Source of the DNA: Alphaproteobacteria bacterium
GTDB taxonomy: Bacteria; Pseudomonadota; Alphaproteobacteria; UBA9655
Direction: 5' to 3'
DNA length: 64,000 nt
Assembly: GCA_017992885.1 (NCBI GenBank)
Contig: JAGONT010000010.1
Location: 5,488 to 69,487, forward strand
Shown here: positions 48,564 through 57,528 of the stretch, in pieces
Layout: the number at the start of each line of letters is the position of its first letter
Numbering within the stretch: the stretch's first letter is position 1
Made by a program: the position numbers and the translations under genes
Notes under the pieces: generated by a model
Database searches by the model: none
What the model was told of the DNA's origin: nothing
Seen by the model: the letters and a program-made list of their open reading frames with translations, nothing else

Positions 48564-48818
48564 TCATTTGAATCTCCTCTGTTTATTCATTTTTGCTTGC
48601 TGAAGCTCCTTTAAAAGCAGTTCCTCTTGGGTGTAGGTTGTGCTGTGCCTGGCTTTTTGCTCTTCATAGGCTTCTATATCTTGAACTCGATATTTAATCT
48701 TACGCCCAGCCTTAAAAAACCGTGGACCTTTTCCAGTCCACCTCCAGCGATCAAGAGTAATGGTCATAATACCCCAGCGGTCTGCTAATTCTTCTGGTGA
48801 CATTAAAGGTTCTTGCAT
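48564..48818 (-). CDS. AlpA/excisionase-family HTH protein
   Basis: SPEELADRWGIMTITLDRWRWTGKGPRFFKAGRKIKYRVQDIEAYE matches the MerR-like HTH_17 excisionase pattern. Confidence 0.7.
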   Translation of the reverse strand: MQEPLMSPEELADRWGIMTITLDRWRWTGKGPRFFKAGRKIKYRVQDIEAYEEQKARHSTTYTQEELLLKELQQAKMNKQRRFK

Positions 48819-48983
48819 AGTGCACCCTTCCTCCTAGATGTACGTTCTTACAATTTTTTGTACTTACTAATACGTATATCATAGATTTTAAAAGTAAGTC
48901 AACAATGTTTTTTTACACGTACGATTAAACTACTTCAAAAACGATGAAAGATGTGTCATAATGGTTTTAAAGAGGAGTGAAAT

Positions 48984-49436
48984 ATGAGTACATCTATCGC
49001 CAAACATATCTCAACACGTATGAGAGCGAAAAATCTCACCCTCACAGCACTTGAAAAAGAAGCAGGGTTAAAGCCTTCTGCTGTCCAAAATATTCTCAGA
49101 GGACGATCAAAACGGCCAAGTGCTGATATTTTACAAGCCGTTGCTGATGTTTTAGGATGTAGCGTCAAAGAGCTTTTGACTCAGCAAGAGACTTCCTATG
49201 AAGAAGATTTAGCTCAATCAAATACAAAGCTTCTTAGCCGTGAGTATGAGCACCCAGAACTTTTTTCGGAAATTGTAAACTTTGTTAACAATGCTTTGAA
49301 AAACAAAGAAAATAAATTAACGATCGAACAATTTATGAGTTGTATCCAAGAGATTTACCTTCATTCTTTGCAGAAAGACCCAAATCACATGGATGAAGAA
49401 TTTGCTGAATGGTGGATTGATCTTGCGACAGATTAA
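48984..49436 (+). CDS. XRE/Cro-CI-family transcriptional regulator
   Basis: N-terminal HTH LTLTALEKEAGLKPSAVQNILRGRSKRPSADILQAVADVLGCSVKELL; divergent from the excisionase-like gene. Confidence 0.8.
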   Translation: MSTSIAKHISTRMRAKNLTLTALEKEAGLKPSAVQNILRGRSKRPSADILQAVADVLGCSVKELLTQQETSYEEDLAQSNTKLLSREYEHPELFSEIVNFVNNALKNKENKLTIEQFMSCIQEIYLHSLQKDPNHMDEEFAEWWIDLATD

Positions 49437-51805
49437 AGGGGAACGGTTAATCCATTTTGATTGAGAAACAAGAGAATTTCTTTTGTTCGTGGGTGCATGC
49501 GGCCAAAAGTTTGAATATGAGCCTTCAAATATTCGTGAACAATTGCTTCATCTTTCATCCTGGCACCTAATATAACCATCTCTTTATAAAGCTCACTCAC
49601 ATCATCTATTTTTTTCTCTTTTAAAACATTGTTGTAAATTTCGTCACTTATTAAATAGTTCTCTAAGGCTTTTTTAAAGTCCTTCTTATGATCAGAAGCT
49701 TTTCCTATGATAAAATAGGTGTAGGCTTGACGCCGTTGCTTTTTCTCTCCTTGGTAAAAGTCATTAAAGATTAAAAGAGCTTTTTCGAGGTTTTGAAGAA
49801 GCTCAAGAGAACTTTCTTTTTTCTTAATGGAAATGAGGCTTTTAAGAAGAAGGATATTAGACAAAGACGTATTATTTCGACCTTGAAAAAATGCATTTGT
49901 TTTGGCTTCACACGTTTCAAGAACTTTCAAAGCCTCTGGGAGCTTTCCCTGTTTGATCAAGACCGTTGCTTTTTGGAGTAATAGGCCATGATAAATGGCA
50001 GGAGATTCTTCGCTCAAAGTTGGATAAGCCTCCATTTTATTTATTGTTTCTTCTGCTTCTCGAAACTTCCCTTGATCGATGAGAGCAAGAGAGAGAACAT
50101 AGAGAAAGCCGCCATTAGAGATTAGAGAGGTTGAAGTCTTAAACATCTCCTCCCCTTGTCGGATAAGGGGCTCTGCTCTCTCAATTTCTCCACGCATAAT
50201 ATAGTATTGAACAAGGTTTATGAGGGAACAAAAAATTTCATTTCTATGGTCTCCAGAAGCCTCAAATAAGGAGAATGCCTCTTTCATATGTTGGATAGCA
50301 TCATCATAATGGGTAGCAATAGCATCAAGGAAACCTTCGCTGAATTTCAAAAGGGCTTCATAATAGAGAGGCAGGGTTATTCCAGCTTTAAGATCAGCAT
50401 CAATCTCTTCCCTTATCATTCTTGCAGCTTCAAAATCTCTCGTGCCATTCATGAAGCACTGGAATAGACATACTTTTAATTTCAGGAGGTCTGAGCTGGA
50501 ATAGGAAGCTTCCTTTGCGCTTTTACACAATTTCTGAGCTTGTAATAAGTGAATAGGATCCCGCGCGATTTTCGCAACAAAGATTTCAAATGGGCCTGCA
50601 AAAACCTCCAGCATGACCTTTGTTGCTTCATCAATCAGTTTTCTTTTGTTTTCCATAGGAATACTTTCCTGAATAAGTTGGTGAATGAGATCATGAAGGG
50701 AGAAAAAATGAGTGGGTTCTGGATCATTGTCCTTATACATGGTTTTGATTTCTATCAAAGATTGATCATTCATCATCTTTATGACTTCGGCAGAGCTGAG
50801 CTTAGCTTTTGTTTTTTCCAGCCAAATGTCAATATAAGACTCAGGAATATCCTTGCTGTTTAGAAGGCTCATAAAAAACAATGTATTTAAAGCCTCTTGC
50901 GATTGCTGCTCAATGAATTTTAAGCTGATAGCAAGGGGTGTTTGAGCATCATTGGCATATCCTTCTAAAAGAGGATCTGCTGTCTTAATGAAAGGATCTG
51001 CCTTTTTGACCGTTCTTGTAAGATACAAAGAAAGGTATTTAGGAATCGTCGTTGGGGAGTGGGTCTTTATAAAAGCCGCAGCGATTGTTAATCCTAAAGG
51101 ATAATCACTGAGCGTTTCTGCTAGTTTTTCTATATTCGTATCAGTCTCTTGGGGAAGAGCCTGTTTAACAAATTGAAGCGATTCAGACCGTTTAAATTTT
51201 CCTATGTCTACTTTATCTGGCCATATGGTTGCGTTACGAGAAGTGAGAAGAATATGCTTCCCTGGTTGATTATGAGTTACAGGAATAAACTTCTCCAGCT
51301 CAGCATAAGATTCTGCATTATCAAATATCAGTAGCCATTTTATATTTTTAATTCTCAAAATATCTTTGAGAATGTCTACCAACGCATCCTTTGATAATTT
51401 TGCTGGCACGATTTGTTCTTCTTTTGGAAGGATCCTATTAAGCTTAAGGGCCAACTTTTCATACTGATTGGAAATATCCTGATTAGCATCAAACCACCAA
51501 ATGATATCGTAAGACACGCGGAACTTTTGGGCAAATTGTTTGGCAGTTTGAGTTTTTCCAAATCCTGGCCCTCCTGTAATAGCGGCTATTTTTTTAGCTC
51601 CTGGTTTAAAGAAAGAAGCAAGCTTTTGAAGCTGTTCTTCTCTACCAACAAAAGTGGGGTTTGCATCTGAGAGGTTCCATATGTGAGGAGAAGGGGTTGA
51701 AGAACCGCTTGTCAAAGATAATATTAGAAAAGAAAAAACCAAAAAACAGGTTCCAAACGTTCCGAAGCAATTGAAAAAACAAAGAGATTTATTAAGCTTA
51801 TTCAC
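49433..51805 (-). CDS. STAND NTPase: N-terminal hydrophobic anchor/signal + NB-ARC + TPR array
   Basis: Walker A GGPGFGKTQ, Walker B LLIFDNAES, LLTSRN, C-terminal TPR-like helices. GTG start overlaps the upstream stop (GTGA). Confidence 0.8.
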   Translation of the reverse strand: MNKLNKSLCFFNCFGTFGTCFLVFSFLILSLTSGSSTPSPHIWNLSDANPTFVGREEQLQKLASFFKPGAKKIAAITGGPGFGKTQTAKQFAQKFRVSYDIIWWFDANQDISNQYEKLALKLNRILPKEEQIVPAKLSKDALVDILKDILRIKNIKWLLIFDNAESYAELEKFIPVTHNQPGKHILLTSRNATIWPDKVDIGKFKRSESLQFVKQALPQETDTNIEKLAETLSDYPLGLTIAAAFIKTHSPTTIPKYLSLYLTRTVKKADPFIKTADPLLEGYANDAQTPLAISLKFIEQQSQEALNTLFFMSLLNSKDIPESYIDIWLEKTKAKLSSAEVIKMMNDQSLIEIKTMYKDNDPEPTHFFSLHDLIHQLIQESIPMENKRKLIDEATKVMLEVFAGPFEIFVAKIARDPIHLLQAQKLCKSAKEASYSSSDLLKLKVCLFQCFMNGTRDFEAARMIREEIDADLKAGITLPLYYEALLKFSEGFLDAIATHYDDAIQHMKEAFSLFEASGDHRNEIFCSLINLVQYYIMRGEIERAEPLIRQGEEMFKTSTSLISNGGFLYVLSLALIDQGKFREAEETINKMEAYPTLSEESPAIYHGLLLQKATVLIKQGKLPEALKVLETCEAKTNAFFQGRNNTSLSNILLLKSLISIKKKESSLELLQNLEKALLIFNDFYQGEKKQRRQAYTYFIIGKASDHKKDFKKALENYLISDEIYNNVLKEKKIDDVSELYKEMVILGARMKDEAIVHEYLKAHIQTFGRMHPRTKEILLFLNQNGLTVPL

Positions 51806-53424
51806 AGCAACTCGATTTCTTTGTTAAACAATTCAACAACATTATCTTGTTCCTCTTTTCCAGAAGAAGAGGGGATAAAAATTGCTGCGTGATTGAAATC
51901 TTCTTCATCTCTTACGTATTGGTACTGCAATCCATTTTGGATGCATACTTTATGAAAATCTTCTTCTCCTAAGAGAAAATCGAAAGCTTTTTTAATGAGT
52001 CTTTCTGAGGAGTTAACAATGACAAACCCCTCATCTCGTACTTCAAAAAGAATTCCCTCGTTTTGGCGTCTTGCAGTAAGAGTAACAATCCCGTTTTTAG
52101 GGACTCTATAAACTGCCCTTCCAAGGAGGTTCACCACGATGAACTGAATAAAAAATCGGTCTCCAAGAAAGTTTAAGTCTTTTTGACAAATGATCTCTAA
52201 ATTAATTTGAGATGCGTAAATTCTTTCTGCAAAAAGGGATTTTGTTTCTTCAAGTAATGTTTCTACCTCTATAAGCTCATTCTTTGTTTTTGAAACGAGA
52301 CCATTAGCCAATCGATTCGTGGATAGGAGACAAGAACGAAGCAATTTTAATTGGTGCTCTGGTAAGAGCTCAGCGCTTTGTTCTTTGACATCTTTTTTGA
52401 GAATATTCAAACAATTGGCAATATGGTGGACCTGCCCTTGTTGGTAAAGGCTTAAGTCAAAATGAATTTTCTTATAGGAATTGTACGTTGTATTGTGATT
52501 TTTTCTCTTTTCTTCAGAAATACAAAAATTTTTTCTCGCTTCTACTTCTGCTATTTTTGAATTCATAAGATCAGCGTTTAATTTTTCAATCTTAGCACTC
52601 AGATTTTCAAGCTTTGCTCTATATTTTTTTTGTAGGTTCTTTCGAAAATACAGCATGCCCAGCATAAAACAAAAAATACAAAGAAAAAAATAAGACAAAA
52701 AACCACCATAGCGATCTTTGTTTAAGAAAATAAATTGCCATAGGTCTCTTGGGATTTTTGCATAGATCGCAAAAGGTTCTTTCTGAAGGAGTTGGGATTT
52801 CTCTCCCGAAGACAAGAATAAAGGACCAAAGGATATGAAACTTAGTACCCCTAAAGAAGACTTAATTTCTGGCAGGGCGATTTGAACTTCTAAGATGCCT
52901 TCAAGCTTGCCTTTACTATTAAAAACAGGCGTTTTGCTTAAGAAAAAATTCTGAGAAAACGCGCTCGATGTTTTATTGCCGGACGCTTGAAGTATAGAGA
53001 GTGATTTAGGCTCTAAAGGCGATGTTTCATATCGTGTGATTAGCTTTGTAGGCTCCAAAGATTTATAATAAGAAAGCTTTTGGATTCTTGGTATTTCCAC
53101 AGGATCATATAAACGGGGAGCAGATATCAAAATATTTTGAATTTGTTTCGCATCTCCTTCTGTTGCTATAATGCGATAACTGGTGAGATCTCCCAGCTCT
53201 TGAATTTTTCCAAGAAAAGCCTTGATTTTGTGTTGGATGAGTTTGACTTCTTCTTGCTGATTTTTTTGATATGTTGAGAGGTATTTTTGATATTCAAAGA
53301 AAACGTAAGAGGGAATAAAAATAAAAGTAATAAAAACGAGAAAACTCATTGCACCAAACACAGGTTTTATTAACGCTTTAAAATCTTTGATAAATCCCAT
53401 AAAGCACGATCGAATCCTTCCCAT
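51802..53424 (-). CDS. Sensor histidine-kinase-like membrane protein with a degenerate catalytic domain
   Basis: TM, about 200-aa extracytoplasmic domain, TM, coiled coil, H-containing helix (VHHIANCLNIL), then an N-box-like VVNLLGRAVY and RDEGF in place of DxGxG. No clear G2 box. Confidence 0.5.
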   Translation of the reverse strand: MGRIRSCFMGFIKDFKALIKPVFGAMSFLVFITFIFIPSYVFFEYQKYLSTYQKNQQEEVKLIQHKIKAFLGKIQELGDLTSYRIIATEGDAKQIQNILISAPRLYDPVEIPRIQKLSYYKSLEPTKLITRYETSPLEPKSLSILQASGNKTSSAFSQNFFLSKTPVFNSKGKLEGILEVQIALPEIKSSLGVLSFISFGPLFLSSGEKSQLLQKEPFAIYAKIPRDLWQFIFLNKDRYGGFLSYFFLCIFCFMLGMLYFRKNLQKKYRAKLENLSAKIEKLNADLMNSKIAEVEARKNFCISEEKRKNHNTTYNSYKKIHFDLSLYQQGQVHHIANCLNILKKDVKEQSAELLPEHQLKLLRSCLLSTNRLANGLVSKTKNELIEVETLLEETKSLFAERIYASQINLEIICQKDLNFLGDRFFIQFIVVNLLGRAVYRVPKNGIVTLTARRQNEGILFEVRDEGFVIVNSSERLIKKAFDFLLGEEDFHKVCIQNGLQYQYVRDEEDFNHAAIFIPSSSGKEEQDNVVELFNKEIELL

Positions 53425-53567
53425 TCATTTTTTAGGGTAATGCTACAGCTTCGGTGGGAGAAAAATCAATATGGTTTCTACTAGAACGGACAATTTTCTG
53501 AGGAAAGGAGCATGAGGGTCGAAATGAGTGGGGGCAAAGAAGGCAGTTTTCTGCAGGCGCCTCTTTT

Positions 53568-55022
53568 TTAAGTCATGTTTTCATTTTCCAGAAGCTGGCT
53601 GAAATCAATAATTTTGAAAAAGTAACCTGAGCTTCTCAGTTCTTCACTTACACCATTAATGTGAATGAGAACAGGTAGACATGCAAACCCTTGAGGAACG
53701 ATGAGTCTTGATAGTTTTTCTTTCATTTCATTGACAATAGAAATATCAACTTCATTTTTTGAAAATTTTATTTCACAAACAAATAAGGTGTTGTATCGAG
53801 TTTGAATGAGATAATCGATCTGACAACCTTTTTGTTGTGTTGTTTGGCGCTGAAAATAAGGATTATCTGAGACAATCTCTTCTGGTTTCAGCATAAGCCA
53901 TTGATGAACCTCCTTACGATTGCTCAATACAAGATTTTCAAATTGTAAGCCCATCACCCCATCCCAATTTGGAAGTGAGCTAAAGGATAGGGTTGAGAGC
54001 TGATCTTTCTTAATTTGACTTAATCTTGGCAAAATGTACTTAAGGTAAAAGCGAACATAATTATCACTTAAGCGAAATTTGCTCAGCCGTTTCGTGTCTT
54101 TTCCACTTTTTAATGACCATACATAATCACGCGCTATAAAGCCTGATATCAGCAAATCTTCAAGGTAGTCACTTAAGGCACCACTGCTGCTATAGTTTAA
54201 TGCCGATACAATTTCTGAATATTCTGCTGGTCCCTGTGCAAGGTATTCTACAATTTTCTTACAAATCTCGCTCCGACGGCCATAGAGATCATGAAAGATA
54301 AATTGAAATTCATCTGTTAATAAGCCATCTTTTTCAAAGCAAAGACGCTTAATATTTTCAGGAGCAGAATAAGCCGGGTTAACTGATTCAATATACCAAG
54401 GTATTCCACCCGTAACAGATAAGATCTGAAATTTTTCCTGAGCTGATCGATTAAATCCAATGTTATGGAGTAGAGCATTACAATCATTGAGCGGAAGCTC
54501 TCCAAGCGTTAATTTGAGTGAAATTCTACCAAAAAAACCTGTGCTGCTGATAATATTCTTCTCAATCCAAGAGGATACTGAACCACAAAGAATAAGGATC
54601 AGTTTTTGGTTGTCTTTAAAATGCAGGTCCCATGCATTTTTAAGCTTTCCTAAAAAATCAGGATCTTTTGAACCCATCCAAGAAATCTCATCAAACAGAA
54701 TGATGGCACGCCCTTTTTTGACTTCTTTTGCAAGGAGCAAAAATAATTTACTCCAGTCATCCACTTTAACTTCGGGTATATCAGTCTGAAGTGCGAGTTG
54801 TTTTGCAAACTCATCACGTTGAGATTGAGCAGTTGTATTATTCGTAGGAGGCAAGCCAGAAAAAACATAGTATTTTTTGTGTCGAGCGAACTCTTGTGCC
54901 AAGCGACTTTTGCCAATCCGGCGTCGACCTCTTATCACAACAAGGCTGGCTACCTTTTTCTCTAGCAGATCGTTGAGCAAACTTAGCTCGTGTTTTCTTC
55001 CTACGAATGGTGTTCCGTCCAT
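53568..55022 (-). CDS. AAA/Arch_ATPase-type P-loop ATPase with a C-terminal PD-(D/E)xK-like module (DUF234-type architecture)
   Basis: FVGR...LVVIRGRRRIGKSRL (Walker A), ILFDEISW (Walker B), C-terminal IDYLIQT...LFVCEIKFS (D...ExK). Confidence 0.75.
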   Translation of the reverse strand: MDGTPFVGRKHELSLLNDLLEKKVASLVVIRGRRRIGKSRLAQEFARHKKYYVFSGLPPTNNTTAQSQRDEFAKQLALQTDIPEVKVDDWSKLFLLLAKEVKKGRAIILFDEISWMGSKDPDFLGKLKNAWDLHFKDNQKLILILCGSVSSWIEKNIISSTGFFGRISLKLTLGELPLNDCNALLHNIGFNRSAQEKFQILSVTGGIPWYIESVNPAYSAPENIKRLCFEKDGLLTDEFQFIFHDLYGRRSEICKKIVEYLAQGPAEYSEIVSALNYSSSGALSDYLEDLLISGFIARDYVWSLKSGKDTKRLSKFRLSDNYVRFYLKYILPRLSQIKKDQLSTLSFSSLPNWDGVMGLQFENLVLSNRKEVHQWLMLKPEEIVSDNPYFQRQTTQQKGCQIDYLIQTRYNTLFVCEIKFSKNEVDISIVNEMKEKLSRLIVPQGFACLPVLIHINGVSEELRSSGYFFKIIDFSQLLENENMT

Positions 55023-55044
55023 AAATTTTATCTCGCTAGATCTA

Positions 55045-55140
55045 TTTCACGTAACTTTATAGCATAAAATTATCTTACGTGAAAATGGCTAAATTGATTT
55101 TCACGTAAGATAATGAGCTTGATTAAAGTTACGTGAAAAT
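55045..55140. promoter_or_regulatory. Nested inverted repeats built from four copies of TTACGTGAAA(AT), 23-118 bp upstream of the ATPase gene
   Basis: Perfect 18-bp arms ATTATCTTACGTGAAAAT (55069-55086) and ATTTTCACGTAAGATAAT (55097-55114) separated by 10 bp. They are flanked by outer arms TTTCACGTAAC (55045-55055) and GTTACGTGAAA (55128-55138). Confidence 0.65.
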
Positions 55141-55681
55141 GAGTTTTCCTTAGTTAAAAGTCTTTTGTAAGGGGCTTTTTATGTGGAATATGGCAATAAA
55201 ATAGAGGAGATTAGCGTGGGCTTAAGCACATCGATTCGGCTGATAATGAGCGTAAAACGTCTCTTACTAATGCCTTGCAAGAGCATCTCGTAACCCAACG
55301 GTTGTTTTACTTACCTGCGGCCCGCGAATTAGAGACGGTGGGGTGTGCCCGAAATAAAAAATGGATGATCATCCAAAACACGACGATTGGGAACGATTAG
55401 GTATGAGACCATTTCTTCCTCCAAATCTAGAATGAGATTTCGATAAGGCCTATGATTTAGTAACTCGCCAGGTTATAACACAAATTAAAGGAGATCCTTG
55501 GAAGGAAGAGCTGGAACACGTCAAACAGCGATCTCTTACAGGGCGGAGTTAAACAAGGTGTTTTCTCGTCGTATGAAAACATATCAATAGGTGACAACAT
55601 GGTGACAATATAAAAATATTTCTCTCTAAAACACCTTTTAACATATTGAATGATAAGGATAAAAAATACATTTGAGTGAGA

Positions 55682-55728
55682 GACTCTTAATCAGCGGGTC
55701 GAAGGTTCGAATCCTTCAGCGCCCACCA
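55682..55728 (+). other. 3' fragment (about 47 nt) of a tRNA-Lys(CUU)-like gene; candidate att direct repeat, not a functional tRNA
   Basis: GACTCTTAATCAGC GGGTC GAAGG TTCGAAT CCTTC AGCGCCC A CCA. The T-arm, 3' acceptor strand and CCA are intact. There is no matching 5' acceptor strand (GGGCGCT) or D-arm upstream. Confidence 0.7.
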
Positions 55729-56021
55729 GGAAAATCAATAGATTAGAACGTGTTGAGGGTGGTCTCAATTTTTCCGGATATACCTCGGGCATACTTTTGA
55801 ACTGATCAGATTGGGTTCTTTACCCCAACTTAATGGCCTTAACAACTGAAAAAGAATCTCTATGCTTAGTCTACAATTAAGGACTGTACACAGATTGTTA
55901 TTATGCCAGACCAACTACAGCATAAAACACTGCGCTACTCTAGTTTCTAATGTTTTGAATTCGTTAGCAAAATCTAATCAGTAGTTTGGTTGATAGATGC
56001 TTTCGCAAGAACACCATAATT

Positions 56022-56240
56022 CTAAAGAGTTATGATTTGATTGGTTTTCTGAGCTAAGAAGGGACGATGAGTAATGATGATTTTGATTATCTCGGGAAGA
56101 TATTTTTCTATATTATTTTGAATAATGAAATCTGTATCTTTATCTAAGGATGAAGTTCTTTCGTCGAAGATACAAATTTTTGGTTTTTTAAGGAAAAGAC
56201 GCGCGAACGAAGCATTAAACCTTGTGTTCTTACGACTCAA
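56022..56240 (-). pseudogene. C-terminal fragment of an ABC-transporter ATPase
   Basis: FARLFLKKPKICIFDERTSSLD (degenerate Walker B/D-loop) and ITHRP (H-loop). Only 72 aa, with no Walker A part. Confidence 0.6.
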
Positions 56241-56318
56241 TGGCTTTCACTACTTGAAAGCCCGGGAAATTAAATTGATTATGAACTTCTAGTTTATATT
56301 ATAATTTTCTTTCTGTAT

Positions 56319-57062
56319 TTATTTTTGCAAACGCTCTATTGCCGTCTCATAATTATGTTTCGCAGCTTCATCTCCTAGTTCCATTCCTTTTTTATACCAA
56401 GCTGCAGCCTCTTTTTCATCTTTCTGAACACCTTCTCCATTAAGATAAAGCCTTCCTAAATGATTCGCTGCGACGCCATTTCCACCCTTCACAGCTTTTA
56501 AATACCATTCTCTGGCTTTATTATAATTAATCTCAATACCTGGTGCTCCCATATGATAAAGTTCTCCCACAAGATTTTGAGCCTCAGAATCACCAGAATT
56601 GGCACGTTGTAAAATATACGCAAAGGGACGATTTACAAGACTATAGTAGCTAATCTCCCCATTCACACTTCCTTTAAGCATACTTTGCTGATACCACTTT
56701 TCAGCCTCTTGAGGATTAGGCGAAACACCTTCTCCGTTAAGATAAAGCCTTCCTAAATGATTTGCTGCTTCAGCATTGCCATGTTGAAAAGCTTTTAAGT
56801 ACCATTCCTGTGCTTTCTGATAATCAACCGGAACGCCCTCTCCGCCGAAATGATAAAGCTCGCCCAATAAGTTTTGAGCTTCAGCGTTATTTAATTCAGC
56901 TAAAGGTAATAATATATCGAGAGCTTTTTGGGCTTTATGTTCCTCGATGAGCTTTTCTGCAACACTTAACTCTTTTTCATTTACAGGAGTCTCTTGCGCA
57001 CTTCCTTCTAGAGGAAATAAAAGGGCTGTGCCTAAAAGCATATATTTAATTTTCGTCTTCAT
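56319..57062 (-). CDS. Secreted Sel1-repeat (SLR) protein
   Basis: Signal peptide and repeated AQNLLGELYHFGGEGVPVDYQKAQEWYLKA / AANHLGRLYLNGEGV units. Confidence 0.85.
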   Translation of the reverse strand: MKTKIKYMLLGTALLFPLEGSAQETPVNEKELSVAEKLIEEHKAQKALDILLPLAELNNAEAQNLLGELYHFGGEGVPVDYQKAQEWYLKAFQHGNAEAANHLGRLYLNGEGVSPNPQEAEKWYQQSMLKGSVNGEISYYSLVNRPFAYILQRANSGDSEAQNLVGELYHMGAPGIEINYNKAREWYLKAVKGGNGVAANHLGRLYLNGEGVQKDEKEAAAWYKKGMELGDEAAKHNYETAIERLQK

Positions 57063-57528
57063 TTGTCTCTCTTAAAATAAGTATAGATTGTAGCACAGAA
57101 TCAATTAAAAATACAATTTTTCACGCTCACCTCTTTATCGATTGAATTTAATTGATATTATAAAAAATTTATCATAATTTTTATATGAATGTTTTGTTCA
57201 GTCTATAAAAAAACACTTCTCAGGGTAAACATCTACTAATTAATTTTTTAAAAAAATGGCATTAAATACTGAAATTTAATAAAAGATACTTCTATTTTGA
57301 TAATTCTACTGCTAGAGTTTCTTTGTAAATAGCAGGAGGGGGCTGCTAAAGCATTTCCAAATAATAAAAATAGGGAGGCGAAAAGATCGTGAGATCACCC
57401 CCACGAGCTAATTGTCATTGAACATGTAACCTATAATTCTCAAATTTAAAGAAGATGAGGAGGGACTTATAACAAAAAATAATATTTCGATCCCTCCTCT
57501 TTTTTGGCGGCACTTATGAGCAGGGAGG

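Larger units (their letters stand above)
1..55728. mobile_element. Conjugative genomic island / ICE-like element (partial; left end outside window), right boundary proposed at a partial tRNA repeat
   Basis: Contiguous relaxase, metal-resistance cargo with IS debris, intact F-type T4SS operon, SSB/rep-like genes, Xis-XRE module, then a 47-nt tRNA 3' fragment at 55682-55728 in the orientation expected for a distal att repeat. Confidence 0.5.

Noticed and set aside
55109-55127. Fur-box-like sequence GATAATGAGCTTGATTAAA
   Set aside because: It matches only about 13 of 19 positions of the GATAATGATAATCATTATC consensus, in very AT-rich DNA, and it overlaps the stronger TTACGTGAAAAT repeat system. 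The match is likely chance.
55200-55680. Possible integrase or other gene remnant just inside the proposed att repeat
   Set aside because: Only short frames with many stops are present (for example LPAARELETVG, KGDPWKEELEHVKQRS). I could not recognise tyrosine-recombinase motifs (R..HxxR..Y).
57457-57505. Hairpin GAGGAGGGA...TCCCTCCTC followed by T6 on the plus strand, plus a second 8-bp hairpin (TTGGCGGC/GCCGCCAA) spanning the stop of the 57529 gene
   Set aside because: The loop is 25 nt, which is too large for a typical intrinsic terminator. No plus-strand gene lies upstream, and on the minus strand there is no U-tract. Kept only as a possible RNA structure.
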